Below are positions 1 to 12,760 of a stretch of 64,000 bases of DNA, in pieces. The notes under the pieces are model-generated. The model worked only from the letters and a program-made list of their open reading frames with translations, was not told the origin of the DNA and ran no database searches. The translations under genes and the position numbers were made by a program. Position 1 is the first letter of the stretch, and each line of letters begins with the position of its first letter. This stretch comes from Podarcis liolepis (taxonomy: Eukaryota): assembly GCA_965112155.1 (NCBI GenBank), contig OZ218106.1; one strand, 5' to 3'.

Positions 1-29
1 TCAGAAGCAAACTGGCACCTACTGCAGAT

Positions 30-350
30 GTTGCAGAACAGGTGTAACATGGGCTCATGGGTGCACGCCCACTAACTAACATCCCTTTTGCTTCACTTTG
101 AACCAACTTCAGCTATGAAAGACTCTTGCCAATGTGGAGTCACTCACAGTAATCAAATCTAGTTGTAACTAAAGCATGTGGTATCCTGGTCAGTCTAACA
201 TCCTCAAGAAAAGGTGCAGCTGGTTTAAGCTAAGTCAAAGCACTCATGGCCAGTGTTTCCACTGGGTCAGCCAGATGTAAAGCTGAGACCAGTAGCCGTT
301 CGAAACCCTGCACCAGATTCTTCAAGGTGAGTACAACTGGTTGTGAGGCA
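30..350 (-). mobile_element. Degraded L2-clade LINE ORF2 fragment
   Basis: The minus strand reads HALVTTRFDYC..LKLVQ with stops, matching the L2 'HALVISRLDYCN...LQLIQN' motif seen intact at 24098-24940. Boundaries are approximate. Confidence 0.55.
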
Positions 351-2939
351 CACAAATAGGTCTGAGACAAGGGTGGGAATTGGTTTGATGGTTGGTGATG
401 TCACAAAAGCACAGGGGGAAGAGGATAACTACACCACCATCCTCTGCAGTTCTGAAAGGAAAATGGCATTTTTGGAACTCTCATACAGACAAAAGACTGC
501 ATAAGATAATGTAGACAACTAGGGAGAAACTAATAGAAATGTGGGGAACTATTATCATTAATAATGTTTTCTATAACGAGATAAGCAGAATTTGTCTAAG
601 GGCCAGAGAATCTGCATACATGTTTTTCAGTCCCTGACTGCAACATCAAGTGATTATTTGCATGTGTAAAACAGCTGCTACAAATCAAGTACCACTGAGT
701 GAAGTTTCACAACCGCCTCATAGGACATCAATCACAATGCTTCCCAGAAGAGGCAGTTCACACATTTCATTTGTGGCTAATCATGTGATAAGTCACTGAG
801 TGATGTACTATATTACTGAGAAATGCATATACATGTGTGAATCAGCCCCAGGTAGTTTCAGGCCTCATCTTTTTCCAGTGTAAATAGAGAGACTTTTTTT
901 CCCAAGCAACAAGGACAGAAAGCACACTTCAAACAGCTTCATAGGGCAGCCTACAACCCACAACCCAATATAATTGGCAAAATAAATTACTAGACCTCTC
1001 CTCTTCATCATTTTCCACAGCAATTTATAATGAGTTTCCTCATTATGTACAGAATAGGCAGCAATGAATATAACAAGAACACTAACCAAACAAGCCTGCT
1101 ATATTGCCTGTTAAAATACTTGTTTAGCGATGTCAGGGGCGGGGGGAAGAAACTTTACATCTGAAATTGTATGCAGACTTACCTGGGAGTAATCAAGACC
1201 AGTGAACTCAATGGGCCTTGCTTCTGAATAAGGTCATGCTATAATGAGGCAACTATTGCATTAACTCCCTAACAATCTCCAAGCCACTTGAACTCATCAG
1301 AGTGATTAGATATATGTGCATTGCTATAGTACTATATAGGACCTTAGGGAGAAGAGTTGGTAATAAGTGCATTGACAGTAATGATAATAAGAGATGTCCT
1401 TTAAATAGGACCGAGCTGGAAAAGATGGTGATTTTTCCTGAACATTTTCACCACAACATTTGGCAATCTGAGCAGCGGGACAGCGAATGCTACAAAAGGC
1501 CGACACGTTGCAAGAATTTTCTGGGGGATATTTTAAGAGGGGAAATGGTGACCACCAGAGAGAGGTGCTTTGTAATGGTGACAACCTTCCTCATAAAGTG
1601 TGGCTTTATGAGAAATCTAAAACAACAGTTGATAGAGCTTTGAAGAGGGTCAGTAAGTTTTCTCTGCCCTCCAAACCCCTTTCCCTCTTATTTTTGTGTT
1701 GAATGTAGCCATGAAATGGGAAGCATTTTATCCAGCCTCAAGTGATGTTACACTTGTGACAGCCCATTCACACATGCAAGTTTTCACCTGATATTGCAGC
1801 TATCCAGTGATGAACATTGTGTGAGCCAGCCCATTGCTTTGCATGTTGGCAACAGGGCCAAAGGAATGATAAATCAAAGGGAAGTTGTACAGTAATGCAA
1901 TTTTTTAAAAAAAAATACGCCAGATCGTTTTTATTTTATTTTTAAGGAGGATTTTTTTTACATAAGCCTAAAGGGAAGATCAAAAATTATTCCAGATGAT
2001 GTGTGTTTATTTACAGTGACTGAAGAGGAATGAACAGATATTTTTTCAAGTAACTTTGGGAGCTGACCATTCAGACTGAAACACTGCTGCAAGCTGACAG
2101 GTCATATATCCTGACAGCTCCTGGGAGCAATTCCACCCCCCATTCTGTGTTCAGGTGGCTTTTCTACCCAAGCTCATCTCCAGGGGCTGCTGTAGTTTAT
2201 CATGATTCCACAGCAATACCTAAATGCAATTTCAGCACATCTCACTTCCACAGTGTTTGAGTAGTTAAAGTGACTTCTTTGGACCAGCAAGCATAAAAGG
2301 TTGCTATTTTGTCTTTGAATACACTCAGAAATTCCGCACAGGCACACTCCAGCAAATCTGTTCCTTTTTATGGAACGAGAAGCAGTAGCAGAATAAATGA
2401 CATAGGACTTTAAGTTCACAACAATTTTTGGTAAATCAAGTTTGTGCTTTTTCACTTTCAGAAATCATATACTATACTTCAAATTGTTATAAAACAATCT
2501 CTTCTCTGTCCTTGTCTGGCTTCCAAAGACAAAAGTATGATTATCTTTGTCTGAAATATATCGGTGCATGAATTTAATTCAGCATTTACTAGAAATACGG
2601 TGACCTTGTGCGTTATACACTTTTATATATTGCTTAGACGTTTGTATCGCTGTACATAACATTTTCCCCATCTGATATCGCTCATGTGGGATTTGGATTT
2701 TAGTGTTCGGTTCCCAACGATACTGCCTGGTATTGTTTTTGCTAAAATAAAAATTAACCCTCTAAGGTTATGATAGAAAGAGCCCCAGCTGTTGAAAATG
2801 CCTGAGAAGTGACATCACTTTAAGGCAGATTCCTATGTTCCACTCGTATATATATTTATATTACCCACTGGGATACAGTGAACTGGAAAGTTCTCCCATG
2901 CAAGCCTTGCTAAAATGAATAAATAGCCAAACTTCCAGG

Positions 2940-3366
2940 CAGGGGTGGAGGAAGGGGTGTGTGGTGGGGGTGGGCCACCCCGGGTGTCACCACAGGGGGG
3001 GTGACAAAATGCCAGGTGGCACTCACCGCGGGGCCTGCAGCATGCCCAAGCCACGCATCTCTCCTGCGAGTGACATGGTGGCTTGGGTGCCCGCAGGCTC
3101 CGCGCTGCCCCAAACGGTCTGCCCGCCAACTCCCCCTCAGCTGTAGGTTGGCTGAGTGGGAGGAGGAAGGCAGACTCCTCGGAGGCCCCACAGAGCATCC
3201 TGCCCCGGCTGGCCCCACCCCGTAGATGGTTGGCCCCGCCCCTGGGCGCAGGGCACGCACGCTCCCCCAGGCACCCAATTGGCTTGCTCCACTGCTGCTT
3301 CCAGGTATCCCTGTCCAACAACATCTGTGGGACAACCCCTGGCTACCCTTGGCTTACCCAGCACTA
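2940..3366. mobile_element. GC-rich non-autonomous repeat, possibly hAT-like (unclassified)
   Basis: An abrupt GC/CpG-rich block begins CAGGGG in an AT-rich background and abuts the BovB piece. No right TIR or TSD found. Confidence 0.35.
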
Positions 3367-3780
3367 AGTGAGAGCTGTACCATAAAGAAGGCTGATCGCC
3401 AAAGAATTGATGCTTTTGAATTCTGGTGTTGGAGGAGACTCTTGAGAATCCCATGGACTGCAAGAAGATCAAGCCTATCCATTCTTAAGGAAATCAGCCC
3501 TGACTGCTCACTGGAAGGACAGATCCTGAAGCTGAGGCTCCAATACTTTGGCCACCTCATGAGAAGAGAAGACTCCCTGGAAAAGACCCTGATGTTGGGA
3601 AAGATGGAGGGCACAAGGAGAAGGGGATGACAGAGGATGAGATGGTTGGACAGTGTTCTCGAAGCTATGAACATGAGTTTGACCAAACTGCAGGAGGCAG
3701 TGGAAGACAGGAGTGCCTGGCGTGCTCTGGTCCATGGGGTCACGAAGAGTCGGACACGACTAAATGACTAAACAACAACA
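3367..3780 (+). mobile_element. BovB (RTE-clade LINE) 5'-truncated 3' end
   Basis: Encodes ESCTIKKADRQRIDAFEFWCWRRLLRIPWTARRS...LEKTLMLGKMEG, then the BovB-type 3' end GGGGTCACGAAGAGTCGGACACGACTAA and a (CAA)n tail. Confidence 0.93.
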
Positions 3781-4061
3781 TGAAGTTTCTTCAGCAAACC
3801 CTGCCAACTCCTTCGTTCCTCTAGCCATGTCTTTGGGCATCTTTCCGCTTCACCAACCCTTCCCTCAGGTTTGTGTTCCTTAGCCCATTGTCCACTCTTC
3901 TGACAACATTCTCCTGTCAACGTTTTTTTTAAAAAAACAACAACATTGTCCATACATATACCTGTCTAAAAGGGTGGCAGTTTCTACAACATCCACATAG
4001 GAACAACAGCTGATATAGATTGTACAGCCTAGATTTAGTGTTAGCTTTCCTTTTCTTTTTT

Positions 4062-4392
4062 CTGCTGCTGCTGCATCACACTGTTGACTCATGTTAAGCT
4101 TGTGGTCTTCTCAGACCCCTAGATCCTTTTCACATATACAGTGGTACCTCGGGTTACAGACGCTTCAGGTTACAGACTCCGCTAACCCAGAAATAGTACG
4201 TCCGGTTAAGAACTTTGCTTCAGGATGAGAACAAAAATCGCACGGTGGCGGCAGTGGGAGGCCCCATTAGCTAAAGTGGTACCTCAGGTTCAGAACAGTT
4301 TCAGGTTAAGAACAGACCTCTGGAACTAGTTAAGTTCTTAACCAGAGGTACCACTGTACTGCTGGAAAGCCAGATGTCCCCTATCTTATACT
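4062..4392 (-). mobile_element. CR1 LINE ORF2 fragment, interrupted by a MITE
   Basis: The minus strand reads YKIGDIWLSS / CEKDLGV..DHKLNMSQQCDAAA on the two sides of the MITE at 4139-4356. Confidence 0.75.
4139..4356 (+). mobile_element. Tc1/mariner (Tigger/pogo-like) MITE, family A
   Basis: TIR CAGTGGTACCTC...GAGGTACCACTG, flanked by TA on both sides. Multiple near-identical copies occur in the window. Confidence 0.9.
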
Positions 4393-5244
4393 CCCATCAC
4401 CTTTGTCCCTTAGCCATGCTGCCTGAGATTGGTGGGAACAACATCTCGAGGGCCACAGGCCCTTGCCGTAGTGGCAGATCATTCCACACAGATGGCTGCC
4501 TTTCAAGTGGTAGTTGCAGCTTCAACAGAAGCCATCTGCAGCATGATCCCCAATGTGATACTTCCTCCTTCTCTTGGCAAAGCTCTTGTTGACTGAAGAG
4601 GACGGAGTCTGGCACAGAGGAAGGATATTGTTCGTCAGGGAGGCTCACCCCTTGGCAGCAGCTTTGCAATCCGTCCACAATGCACCAACTCAAATGCCAA
4701 GAATGAAATCCCATGATGATAGGGCATAGCACTGCTTTAAAAAGTGCTTGACTGAGATGCCCACTCGGGCCTCTGCCTTGTCCTTTCGGTGCTTTTTCGT
4801 AGCGAGAATATCCTAAGTATGTACGAGGTAGCAGAAGGCAAGAGATTTCCTCATGGTGAACTCTATAATATAATTAGTATTGGAACAAGGAACGGAGCCA
4901 CAGAGTATTTGTTAAACAGAGCAATCATCTGGTGTATGGATCAGAAAAATGCTTTGGGAGTTGTTACAGAAAATCATTTAAGCCAGCAGAACTCTGCACT
5001 GCAGCAGCCACGCAGGCAAACAAATTGCCATGCTAAGTACACACAAGCAGGAACATTAATATTTAGATATAAAAAATAATATTGTTTTTGTTTGTATCTG
5101 AAATATGGATTTCTGAGCAGTTCAGAATGTTGCAGGGAGAAGGGAAATTGGTGGGCTATTAAAAAGGAGATATGGGGAAATCAAAACTTTTATTACAGTG
5201 GTCATAGGCTGTGTACACTCATCAGTTTGAAGTGGATTCAAGGC

Positions 5245-5246
<2 letters not shown>

Positions 5247-5295
<49 letters not shown>
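5247..5295. repeat. (TG)n microsatellite
   Basis: Direct reading. Confidence 0.98.
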
Positions 5296-5296
<1 letters not shown>

Positions 5297-5324
5297 GCAT
5301 TGTCCACATGATGATGTCCTCATC

Positions 5325-5665
5325 CAAGTGGCTGTTTATGAACTTAATCCATTCCAGAAGTCTGTTCTTAAACCGAAACCATTCTTAAACCAAGGTGCGC
5401 TTTCCCTAATGAGGCCTCCCACCACTGGTGTCCTTCCATCATTCGGATTCTGTTCTTAGACTGAGGTAAAGTTCTCAAACCAAGACACTATTTCCAGGTT
5501 TGCGGAGTTTGTAAACCAAATCGTTCTTCAACATCTAAAGACATCTGAATGCAGCCCTGTTTAGGGAAGCTTTTAATGTTTGATGCATTACTGTATTTTA
5601 ATATTTTGTTGGAAGCTGCCCATAGTGGCTGGGGCAGCCTAGCCAGATGGGCGGGGTATAAACAA

Positions 5666-5713
<48 letters not shown>

Positions 5714-5748
5714 TTAAACCAGACTGTTCTTAAACCGAGGTACCACTC
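5325..5748 (-). mobile_element. Older Tigger-like MITE related to family A, interrupted by an L2 tail
   Basis: Right end CCGAGGTACCACTC|TA and internal TTCTTAAACC repeats. The left TIR is degenerate. Confidence 0.65.
5528..5713 (+). mobile_element. L2 LINE 3' terminus with (ATT)n tail
   Basis: The 3' UTR GTGGCTGGGG...AGCCAGATGGGCGGGGTATAAA matches the reverse complement of ~24020-24070. (ATT)n lies at 5666-5713. Confidence 0.85.
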
Positions 5749-6253
5749 TATTTATTCCGATTTTCCTCATCTACAGATTATTTCTTATTTAACAAAATGC
5801 ATATACTGCTAGATTGTAATAAATGCCTCCAACGGGTTTACAAAAAGCACACACCTTAAAGTGATCAATAAAAGCATTTAAAAATAGGTACTGAAAAACA
5901 TTCAAAAGACGGCTAAGGCGATTAAAACACATGTCAATATTCTACATGTCTAAACAAAAATGTTTTACACAGGCACCGTGTTCAGCCACATACAGGACTG
6001 CTTTACTAAAAATGGCATGATGTACTCAGCTGCCTCCTGCTCACCTGGCTGCTGTTCTTCTTATTGTTTTTCCACTTTAAAATATCTCTACAGAATCGTT
6101 TTTGGGTGTGTGTGTTTTTGTAAGTAAAATGAGTTTCTTTAAAAATAAAATTTGTGACCACACTGATCTCAGGTGCTCAGAAGTCAGCCTCCTTGGCTTC
6201 CATGGCTTTGGTTAAAGCTCAAAGGAAGATGCAACGAGATAACAAAAACTTCC

Positions 6254-6690
6254 TGTCAGGGAACTGACATTGGAGCGAGAGGCGAAGGGGAGGCTCCCAG
6301 ATGATGCGGGAGAAGGACCCAGCAGCAGGGGGAGAAACAGCTCAGTAAAGGGGGAAGCCAATCAGCGCAACACCAGGGATAAAGGGGGGCAGACGGGGGA
6401 ATTGAAGAGAGGGCTCCAGGACTCTTCACTGGACATCAGTGAGGAGAGCCCAGGTCCTCCGCTGTCCACGCCCTCCCTGTGCAGAAGACTCCCGCGCAGT
6501 GAGAGGAGGAGGAGACTGGGTGTCAATCAACTTTTATGTTGGAAGAGGTTCAAGAAACGCCCACCTCACGGATTCTGCCAGCGACTGAGGCAGCCAGGAT
6601 GAGAAGGGGCTGTGCAGTCAGAAGGGTTTAACAAGGCAATTAGCCGAGAAAGGCACCAGTTTTACGCATGAGTAACTCATACCCACTACA
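6254..6690 (+). mobile_element. Solo-LTR-like element (Gypsy/ERV-type), 437 bp
   Basis: TGT...ACA termini and a 5-bp TSD CTTCC at 6249-6253 and 6691-6695. Purine-rich and GC-rich relative to its flanks. No clear AATAAA. Confidence 0.75.
6255..6602 (+). CDS. Putative LTR-encoded frame (115 aa, no ATG start, open from LTR base +2); low complexity with an Arg-rich C-terminal motif
   Basis: VRELTLEREAKG...DISEESPGPP...ERRRRLGVNQLLCWKRFKK. Same phase and motif as 13305-13934. Confidence 0.35.
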   Translation, partial: VRELTLEREAKGRLPDDAGEGPSSRGRNSSVKGEANQRNTRDKGGQTGELKRGLQDSSLDISEESPGPPLSTPSLCRRLPRSERRRRLGVNQLLCWKRFKKRPPHGFCQRLRQPG

Positions 6691-8450
6691 CTTCCTGTGG
6701 AGTTTTTTCAGATCAGGAAATTCAGGCAGCTAGGGAGGCTGCAGAGTGCTGGAGACATGTTCAGTTTGAAGGCGGAGGGAACACTCACCATCTGCAACCA
6801 GCTTGCAACAGTAAGGTAAGCTCAACCTCTCACTCACTGGAATGATAATGAAATTCTAAACTGCTCATAGGAAGAGGCAGACAAAATGGAAGGCTTCTTC
6901 ATGGGAGAAGAAAAGAAATGAAAACCTGAAGGATGCCACCCGATGGAGACTCTGAAAAGTAGGGCAAGAAGTGGCTGCTCTGCTCTGCTTCCCATGAACA
7001 GCCCTGATCTTTAGCCATAACTAAGCATAAGTCTTAATTGTGGCACCTCAGCTGATCTATAGGGTTACGGCATGTATATAGAGTCCAGAATTCAGGAAAT
7101 GTGAGGTTTTTTATTTTAAAAAACCAACAACCATACTTCATGCAAACCTGAGAAATGTGCCGACCACGAATGAGAGAATGAACTAGATTTTTAAAAAAGC
7201 CAGACAAAATGTACTGGTTTAGTCTTTTTCTTTCTTCTTCAAATTTACTAAGTTCTCATGCATAAGTTAAAAGAACTGTCGCAAAGAAGATTAATGTTAC
7301 GCACATCAATGCCAGCATCAAAATAGCAACTTTGGTCCAGTGTTAATAAAGACAGTGAATAATATTAGTCAGAGACTATGTTTAAATGAAATTCACTAAA
7401 TCATATTCATTAACTCCAAAAAAAGATAAAGCGAGCAAATGAAAATTCATACAAGTTCAAGTCTAAAGGCAAAAAATAATTCTTTACAAAGACGATTTGT
7501 CTGCTCTGCTATCATAATTTTCCCTCACGAAGAGGAGACATCTTATTCTAATTGCTTTTTCAGCCTGCTTGAAACAAAGAATTCTGTTGCATTTGAAAAC
7601 TAAATTTTGCTTATGCCAGCTGGTTTCAAAAGCATATTAAATTTTCAACATCAAAGGCTTTACTTAACAGTTTTTAAAATCCTTAAAATAATGTTTGTTA
7701 ACCATTTGCTTTGCAACAAGCAAAATAATTAATCTATCCAGCAAATTGCTTGTGTTCAGAGAGGCTGGCTTAATAAAAACAGCTTATTTCTTAGAAATAT
7801 CAAAGGTGCCTCTTATTTTCACCTGTTTTGTGTTTTTTGGAGGGAGGGATCCTATTACTACCAACAACAAAAAATTCAAGCAAATTTGGAGATTCCCAAG
7901 CAAAACACCCTATTCTCTGATTTTTGCTCATACTTGCTCACTGTTCATGACAAATAGTTCACCTGAAACATTTTTCTTGGTTACCCGTGAAAATCTTCTC
8001 AAAGTGGGTTGAAAAGAAACATGCAAAACTTCAGTTTCTGTTCTAATATCCCCCAGTACTGATCTGTATTTCTGGATATTGCAGGCAGGGAATAGAGACT
8101 GTTACCACGATAACAGAAATCTATATGGTTGCAAGAACCTGTGTCTAGTAGTGACAGTGGCAAATTTTAGAACTGAGGGAGTTCAGAACGATTCAATATA
8201 TTGGGCTAGGAAACACAGGATGCTGCAGATCCATGTAGCACAATCATAAAATATGGTGCTGAGCATGCTTAGAAGCATCAAGACCTTAAGGATTAGGCCT
8301 CAAAGGCCTATTATTGCCTTTGCCATCTCCCCTCTCTACAGGTAAATTTGCATGATAAAAGGCAGGGAGGTCTGGGGGTGCTGAGTTCATCTGGGTGTAT
8401 CTTTCATGCTTTTCTTAGAAAATAAAGTAAAAAGAGAGAGAAAGAGAGCT

Positions 8451-8799
8451 GGATGGCATCTAAACCACTGAGTCTCTTGGCTTGCCAATCAGAAGATCGG
8501 CAGTTCGAATCCCCGCAACGGAGTGAGCTCCCATTGCTCTGTCCCAGCTCCTGCTAACCTAGCAGTTCGAAAGCACGCCAGTGCAAGTAGATAAATAGGT
8601 ACCACTGTGGTGGGAAGGTAAACAGCATTTCCGTGCGCTCTGGCACTCATCACAGTCCTCCGTGTGCCAGTAGTGGTTTAGTCATGCTAGCCACATGACC
8701 CAGAAAACTGTCTATGGACAAACACCGGCTCCCTCGGCCTGAAAGCGAGATGAGCGCTACAACCCTTTTGACTGGACCTGACCAACCAGGGGTCCTTTA
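8451..8799 (+). mobile_element. Sauria SINE (long-form subfamily)
   Basis: B-box GTTCGAATCC and core AACCTAGCAGTTCGAAAGCAC...GCAAGTAGATAAATAGGTACC. 3' end GGGGTCCTTTA. Confidence 0.88.
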
Positions 8800-9007
8800 G
8801 CTGAAAAAAAAAAATTAAATACAAGAGAACCTCAGGATGTGGGTGGCAGCAAAAGAGAGCTCATCCATCACTCATTTCCAGTGGCATTCCTCATATGATT
8901 TACTGGTGCACCACACGGAGTATTGTATAGCTTTATCTGCTGCTACAGTAATCCCAAGAGTCCTTTCATCCATGATGTTTCTTCTACAGAGACTTTTTCC
9001 TGGGAAA

Positions 9008-9625
9008 GCAGGGCTGTAGCTCCATGGTAGAGCACCTTCTTTGCATACAGAAGGTCACAGATTCAATTCCTGGTAACTCTGGGAGGTCCCCACGTCTGCA
9101 ACCCTGGAGAGCCATTACCAGCCAGTGCAGACAATACTGTGCTAAATGGACCAATAGTTTGATGATGGATGTTCAAATATGTCAATTTCAGTTTCACTCA
9201 ATTTCTCGTTTTTCCAGTCTTCAGCTCGGTCCTCCACCTTTTCACATCAGTTTGTGATATATATATTTTTAAGCCCTCGTGAAAATTCATTGGCATTTTG
9301 GAGTTAATTTCTCCTTATATATACACATTTTTGCATGCAATGGTGCCTAATTTTGGCAAAGAGATTTCCTGTAATATAATAAAATTTGTACATTATTTTG
9401 AGTAATATGCACATTTATATGCACACTTTACTCTTCTATGTGCCTTTTCGTACACATTATTTGGCTGGAGATTGGCGTTGCAAAATTCAAATAACGATGG
9501 CTGTGTTTCAGTTCCCATATTGTTTGGGAAAGTGCAAATTATGTAAGTTCATCTTTAAATTTAAACCAAATCAAATCCCTCCATCTCTGTGTCCGACTCA
9601 GTAGAAGACCTCTCCCGTGTTCCTA
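9008..9625 (+). mobile_element. tRNA-derived SINE (Squam2-like), split by an insertion at ~9164-9590
   Basis: Head GTAGCTCCATGGTAGAGCA...GATTCAATTCC; the body is homologous to the reverse copies at 62660-62827 and 31183-31600; the tail resumes at ~9596. Confidence 0.65.
9164..9590. mobile_element. AT-rich non-autonomous DNA-transposon-like repeat
   Basis: Interrupts the SINE. A related sequence lies in the opposite orientation at ~54075-54260 (GCAAAATTC, GGCTGTGTTTC, AAGTGCAA blocks). Confidence 0.5.
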
Positions 9626-11577
9626 AACTTTACATTAATGCATAGCTTTTAGTCAACACTGCCAATATGTCTGATTTGCCGCATATCTGGAAGCTTCAGC
9701 AAGCACCAACTGTGGCTTCCAAATGTGTGAATTCATTGCAGAGTAAATGCTGGCACAAATGTTTGTTTGTTTTTCCCCCGTACGTCAATGCATGTCCCTT
9801 ATAGGGGAAATGAAATAACCCACAGGACTGGGCTGTTACTGTTTGGCATCCATGGAAAATATTTCTTCCTTGCACAAAATGTCACACAGAATAAATCAGG
9901 AACGAACAAAACCAGTTTCAGTTGTCCTTACCGAGATGTTAGTATTCACATTGTCCTCCCATAATTGGATTTTGCTTAACCAATCCTATTAACACACAGG
10001 TTAAAAACCTAACAAAGCAGAAGAGTTTAAAAGCAAGTCCTCAAAATCTCCTAATGACGGTTACTTAGGCATCATTTAATCCATACCATTTTGGGGAGGA
10101 GTTTGACTCATCAGCTCAACTAATCTTTGCTTCTCATGATGCTCTATCTCATAGCTCAATAAAATTAATGCATTGCATAAAAACTGCAGGAATAACTTCA
10201 TGTGTGAACTGACCTTGATCTCCAGTCATCTTTGAAGTTTTCCTTGAAAGGGATATTGGACTGGACAAAGCTGAGGTCCTGCCTATCATCAGCTTTCTAT
10301 CCTTCCGGGTTTTCCCTGACATTTTACAGATTAGGCAAAATTCACCCCATGCCAATTTTGCACCCTAATACCAGGACATCTCAGGAATTTTCCTGACATA
10401 TGGCAAGCCCCAGTGGCTCAGCTGAAAGGCCAACAACTTTCCTCTTCTTGAATTCTTTCCATTCCAAGTGTTTGCTACCAGAACTTCGTAACTAAATAAG
10501 TTTGTTTTATCCTTATTCCTTCCAATGCCTTTTCCTTTCGTGACATGTCTTTTAGGTTGTATACCTGAAACAGAGACTGTCTTATTGCTGATATTTTAAA
10601 GATACTTCGGGAGTCTTTGAGGGGATAAAGAGCAGTGTAAAAATGCTTTAAATAAATAAATGACTATTTTTCTCTACACTTGTCAGTGATGTGGAGACGG
10701 AAGATTTTGTAGGCTACCCACAATTTGTCTTCCGCACCAGTTTCCATAGTTGGTAATTTTATGACATCTGAAAGACTCTCACATTTCTGAGTACCTTCTT
10801 TGATAATCATTAATTAAATAGGGAACCATTTTTCTGCTTTTACGTGTTCTCCCTATTAGGAGTATTAAGCATAAGAACAACTATACCTGTCAAACTCTAA
10901 TTAAGTCTGAAGTAATTTTGTAAATAGCAGAATTCTCTGAAATCCATTTCCATGAGTGCAACTGCCCTTTTTATGTTCTCTGGGGGAAAGTCATTATGTA
11001 TTTGATGGAATAACATAGACTGCATGCCCATTTTTTCTTACTAATTTTATTTCCATCAAAAGAAATTTAGAAATTAAAGATGAATGTGTAGGCAGAGAGC
11101 TTTGAAACTTGCCAGAAGTTTTTTGAACTACTGATTACAATGATCGGAAGAATTGTGTGTGCATGCATAGTGTGGGCCAGACAATACTGGACAACTTTTT
11201 AATGTTTGGAGTCCTGTTCCTTTAGAAGGAATACTTCAGTGGTGCAAACTGTCACGTTGCACTCATTTACAGATTTTTTTGAGGGGGACGATGCCCTTTC
11301 CGAAATTGTCTCTTCCGCACATAGGTACAGAAACTCCAATATTTTAAAAAATGACTCAACCCCAGTTTGCAATGTTTTCTCTTTGGATATTTGTCCTGTA
11401 TTCCATCAAATCATGGAATTGTTGGGAGTTGGGAGGGATACCAAGGGATACCAATGCAAAAATCACAACAGGGCTAATGAACACATGATGCCGTATGCTG
11501 GAATAAAAGACGAGGTTATGATGTATTTTGACGAATTATCATGCACTGCTGTCAGGCTAAATGGCAGGTTATGAGTA

Positions 11578-11820
11578 CAGTGGTACCTCGGGTTACAGAC
11601 ACTTCAGGTTACAGACGCTTCAGGTTACAGACTCCGCTAACCCAGAAATAGTACCCCGGGTTAAGAACTTTGCTTCAGGATGAGAACAGAAATTGTGCTC
11701 CGGCGGCGCGGCGGCAGCAGGAGGCCCCCATTGGCTAAAGTGGTACCTCAGGTTAAGAACAGTTTCAGGTTAAGAACGGACCTCTGGAATGAATTAAGTT
11801 ATTAACCAGAGGTACCACTG
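11578..11820 (+). mobile_element. Tigger-like MITE family A
   Basis: TA|CAGTGGTACCTC...GAGGTACCACTG|TA. Confidence 0.92.
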
Positions 11821-11873
11821 TATAAGGAATGAAAAAACAACTCTCCTTAGAAGAACAGATGTCCCTGAAACTC

Positions 11874-12525
11874 GTTGTTGTTGTTGTTGTTGTTGTTTAT
11901 TCAATTTATATACTACCCTATAGGGGGTCTCAGGGCAGTTCACAAAATAAAATCAAGATATAAAACTACAAAATACATAATAAAAACAACAACACAATAG
12001 CCCCCCCCAAAAAAAAAAACCCCACACATTTTAAAAGGGCATAGGATGTAAATCAGATCAGCCAAAGGCCTGGTCAAAAGGGAACATTTTTGCCTGGTGC
12101 CTAAATGTGTATAATGAAGGTGCCAGGCGAACTTCTCTGGGGAGAGCATTCCACAGGCGGGGAGCCACTGCAGAGAAGGCCCATTCTCGGGTTGCCACCC
12201 TCTGGACCTCTCGAGGAGGAGACGCATGAAGGAGGGCCTCAGAAGATGATCTCAGGGTCCGGGTAGGTTCATATGGAAAGAGGCGGTCCTTGAGGTATTG
12301 CGGTCCTGAGTCATTTAAGGCTTTATAGATCAATACCAGCATTTTGAATTGGGCCTGGAAACTAATTGGTAGCCAGTGCAGTCGGACCAGGATCGGTGTA
12401 ATATGCTCAAACTGTCTTGCTCCGGTTAGCAACCTGGCTGCTGAATTCTGCACCAGCTGAAGTTTCCGAACCATCTTCAGAGGCAGCCCTACATATAATG
12501 CATTGCAGTAATCTAACCTTGAGGT
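11874..12525 (-). mobile_element. L2 LINE 3' fragment
   Basis: TSRLDYCNALYVGLPLK...EHITPILVRLHWLPI...AFSAVAPRLWNALP, then a 3' UTR and an (AAC)n tail. Confidence 0.9.
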
Positions 12526-12584
12526 TAGATTCATAGCATAAGAAGATAACAACACATCTAAATGTTGAATCTTTATAATCCCCA

Positions 12585-12760
12585 CAGGCATCTGGCTGCT
12601 GTGATAACAGGATGCTGGACTAGATGGGCCATTGGCCTGATCCAGGAGCATAGCTGTCAACTTTTCCCTTTTCTTGTGAGGAATCCTATTCGGAATAAGG
12701 GAATTTCCCTTAAAAGGGGAGAAACATTGACAGCTATGTCCAGGAGGCTCTTCGTATGTC
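12585..12760 (+). mobile_element. CR1 3' UTR fragment hosting a hAT MITE
   Basis: AACAGGATGCTGGACTAGATGGGCCATTGGCCTGATCCAG matches the reverse complement of the CR1 end at ~34130-34175. Confidence 0.7.
12649..12738. mobile_element. hAT-type MITE (90 bp), CATAGCTGTCAA TIR family
   Basis: Perfect 12-bp TIR CATAGCTGTCAA/TTGACAGCTATG and an 8-bp TSD TCCAGGAG at 12641-12648 and 12739-12746. Confidence 0.9.

Noticed and set aside
1302-1702. Overlapping 71-113 aa ORFs
   Set aside because: No domain signature; length is compatible with chance.
2833-3371. Cluster of Pro/Gly/Ala-rich ORFs in several frames, or a CpG-island promoter
   Set aside because: Explained by a short GC-rich repeat; open frames on both strands reflect composition.
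5092-5812. ORFs with CVCVCV, THTHTH and poly-Ile runs
   Set aside because: These are translations of (TG)n and (ATT)n microsatellites and TE fragments.
11206-11574. 122-aa ORF
   Set aside because: Non-ATG start, no recognisable homology, and it runs through degraded repeat sequence.
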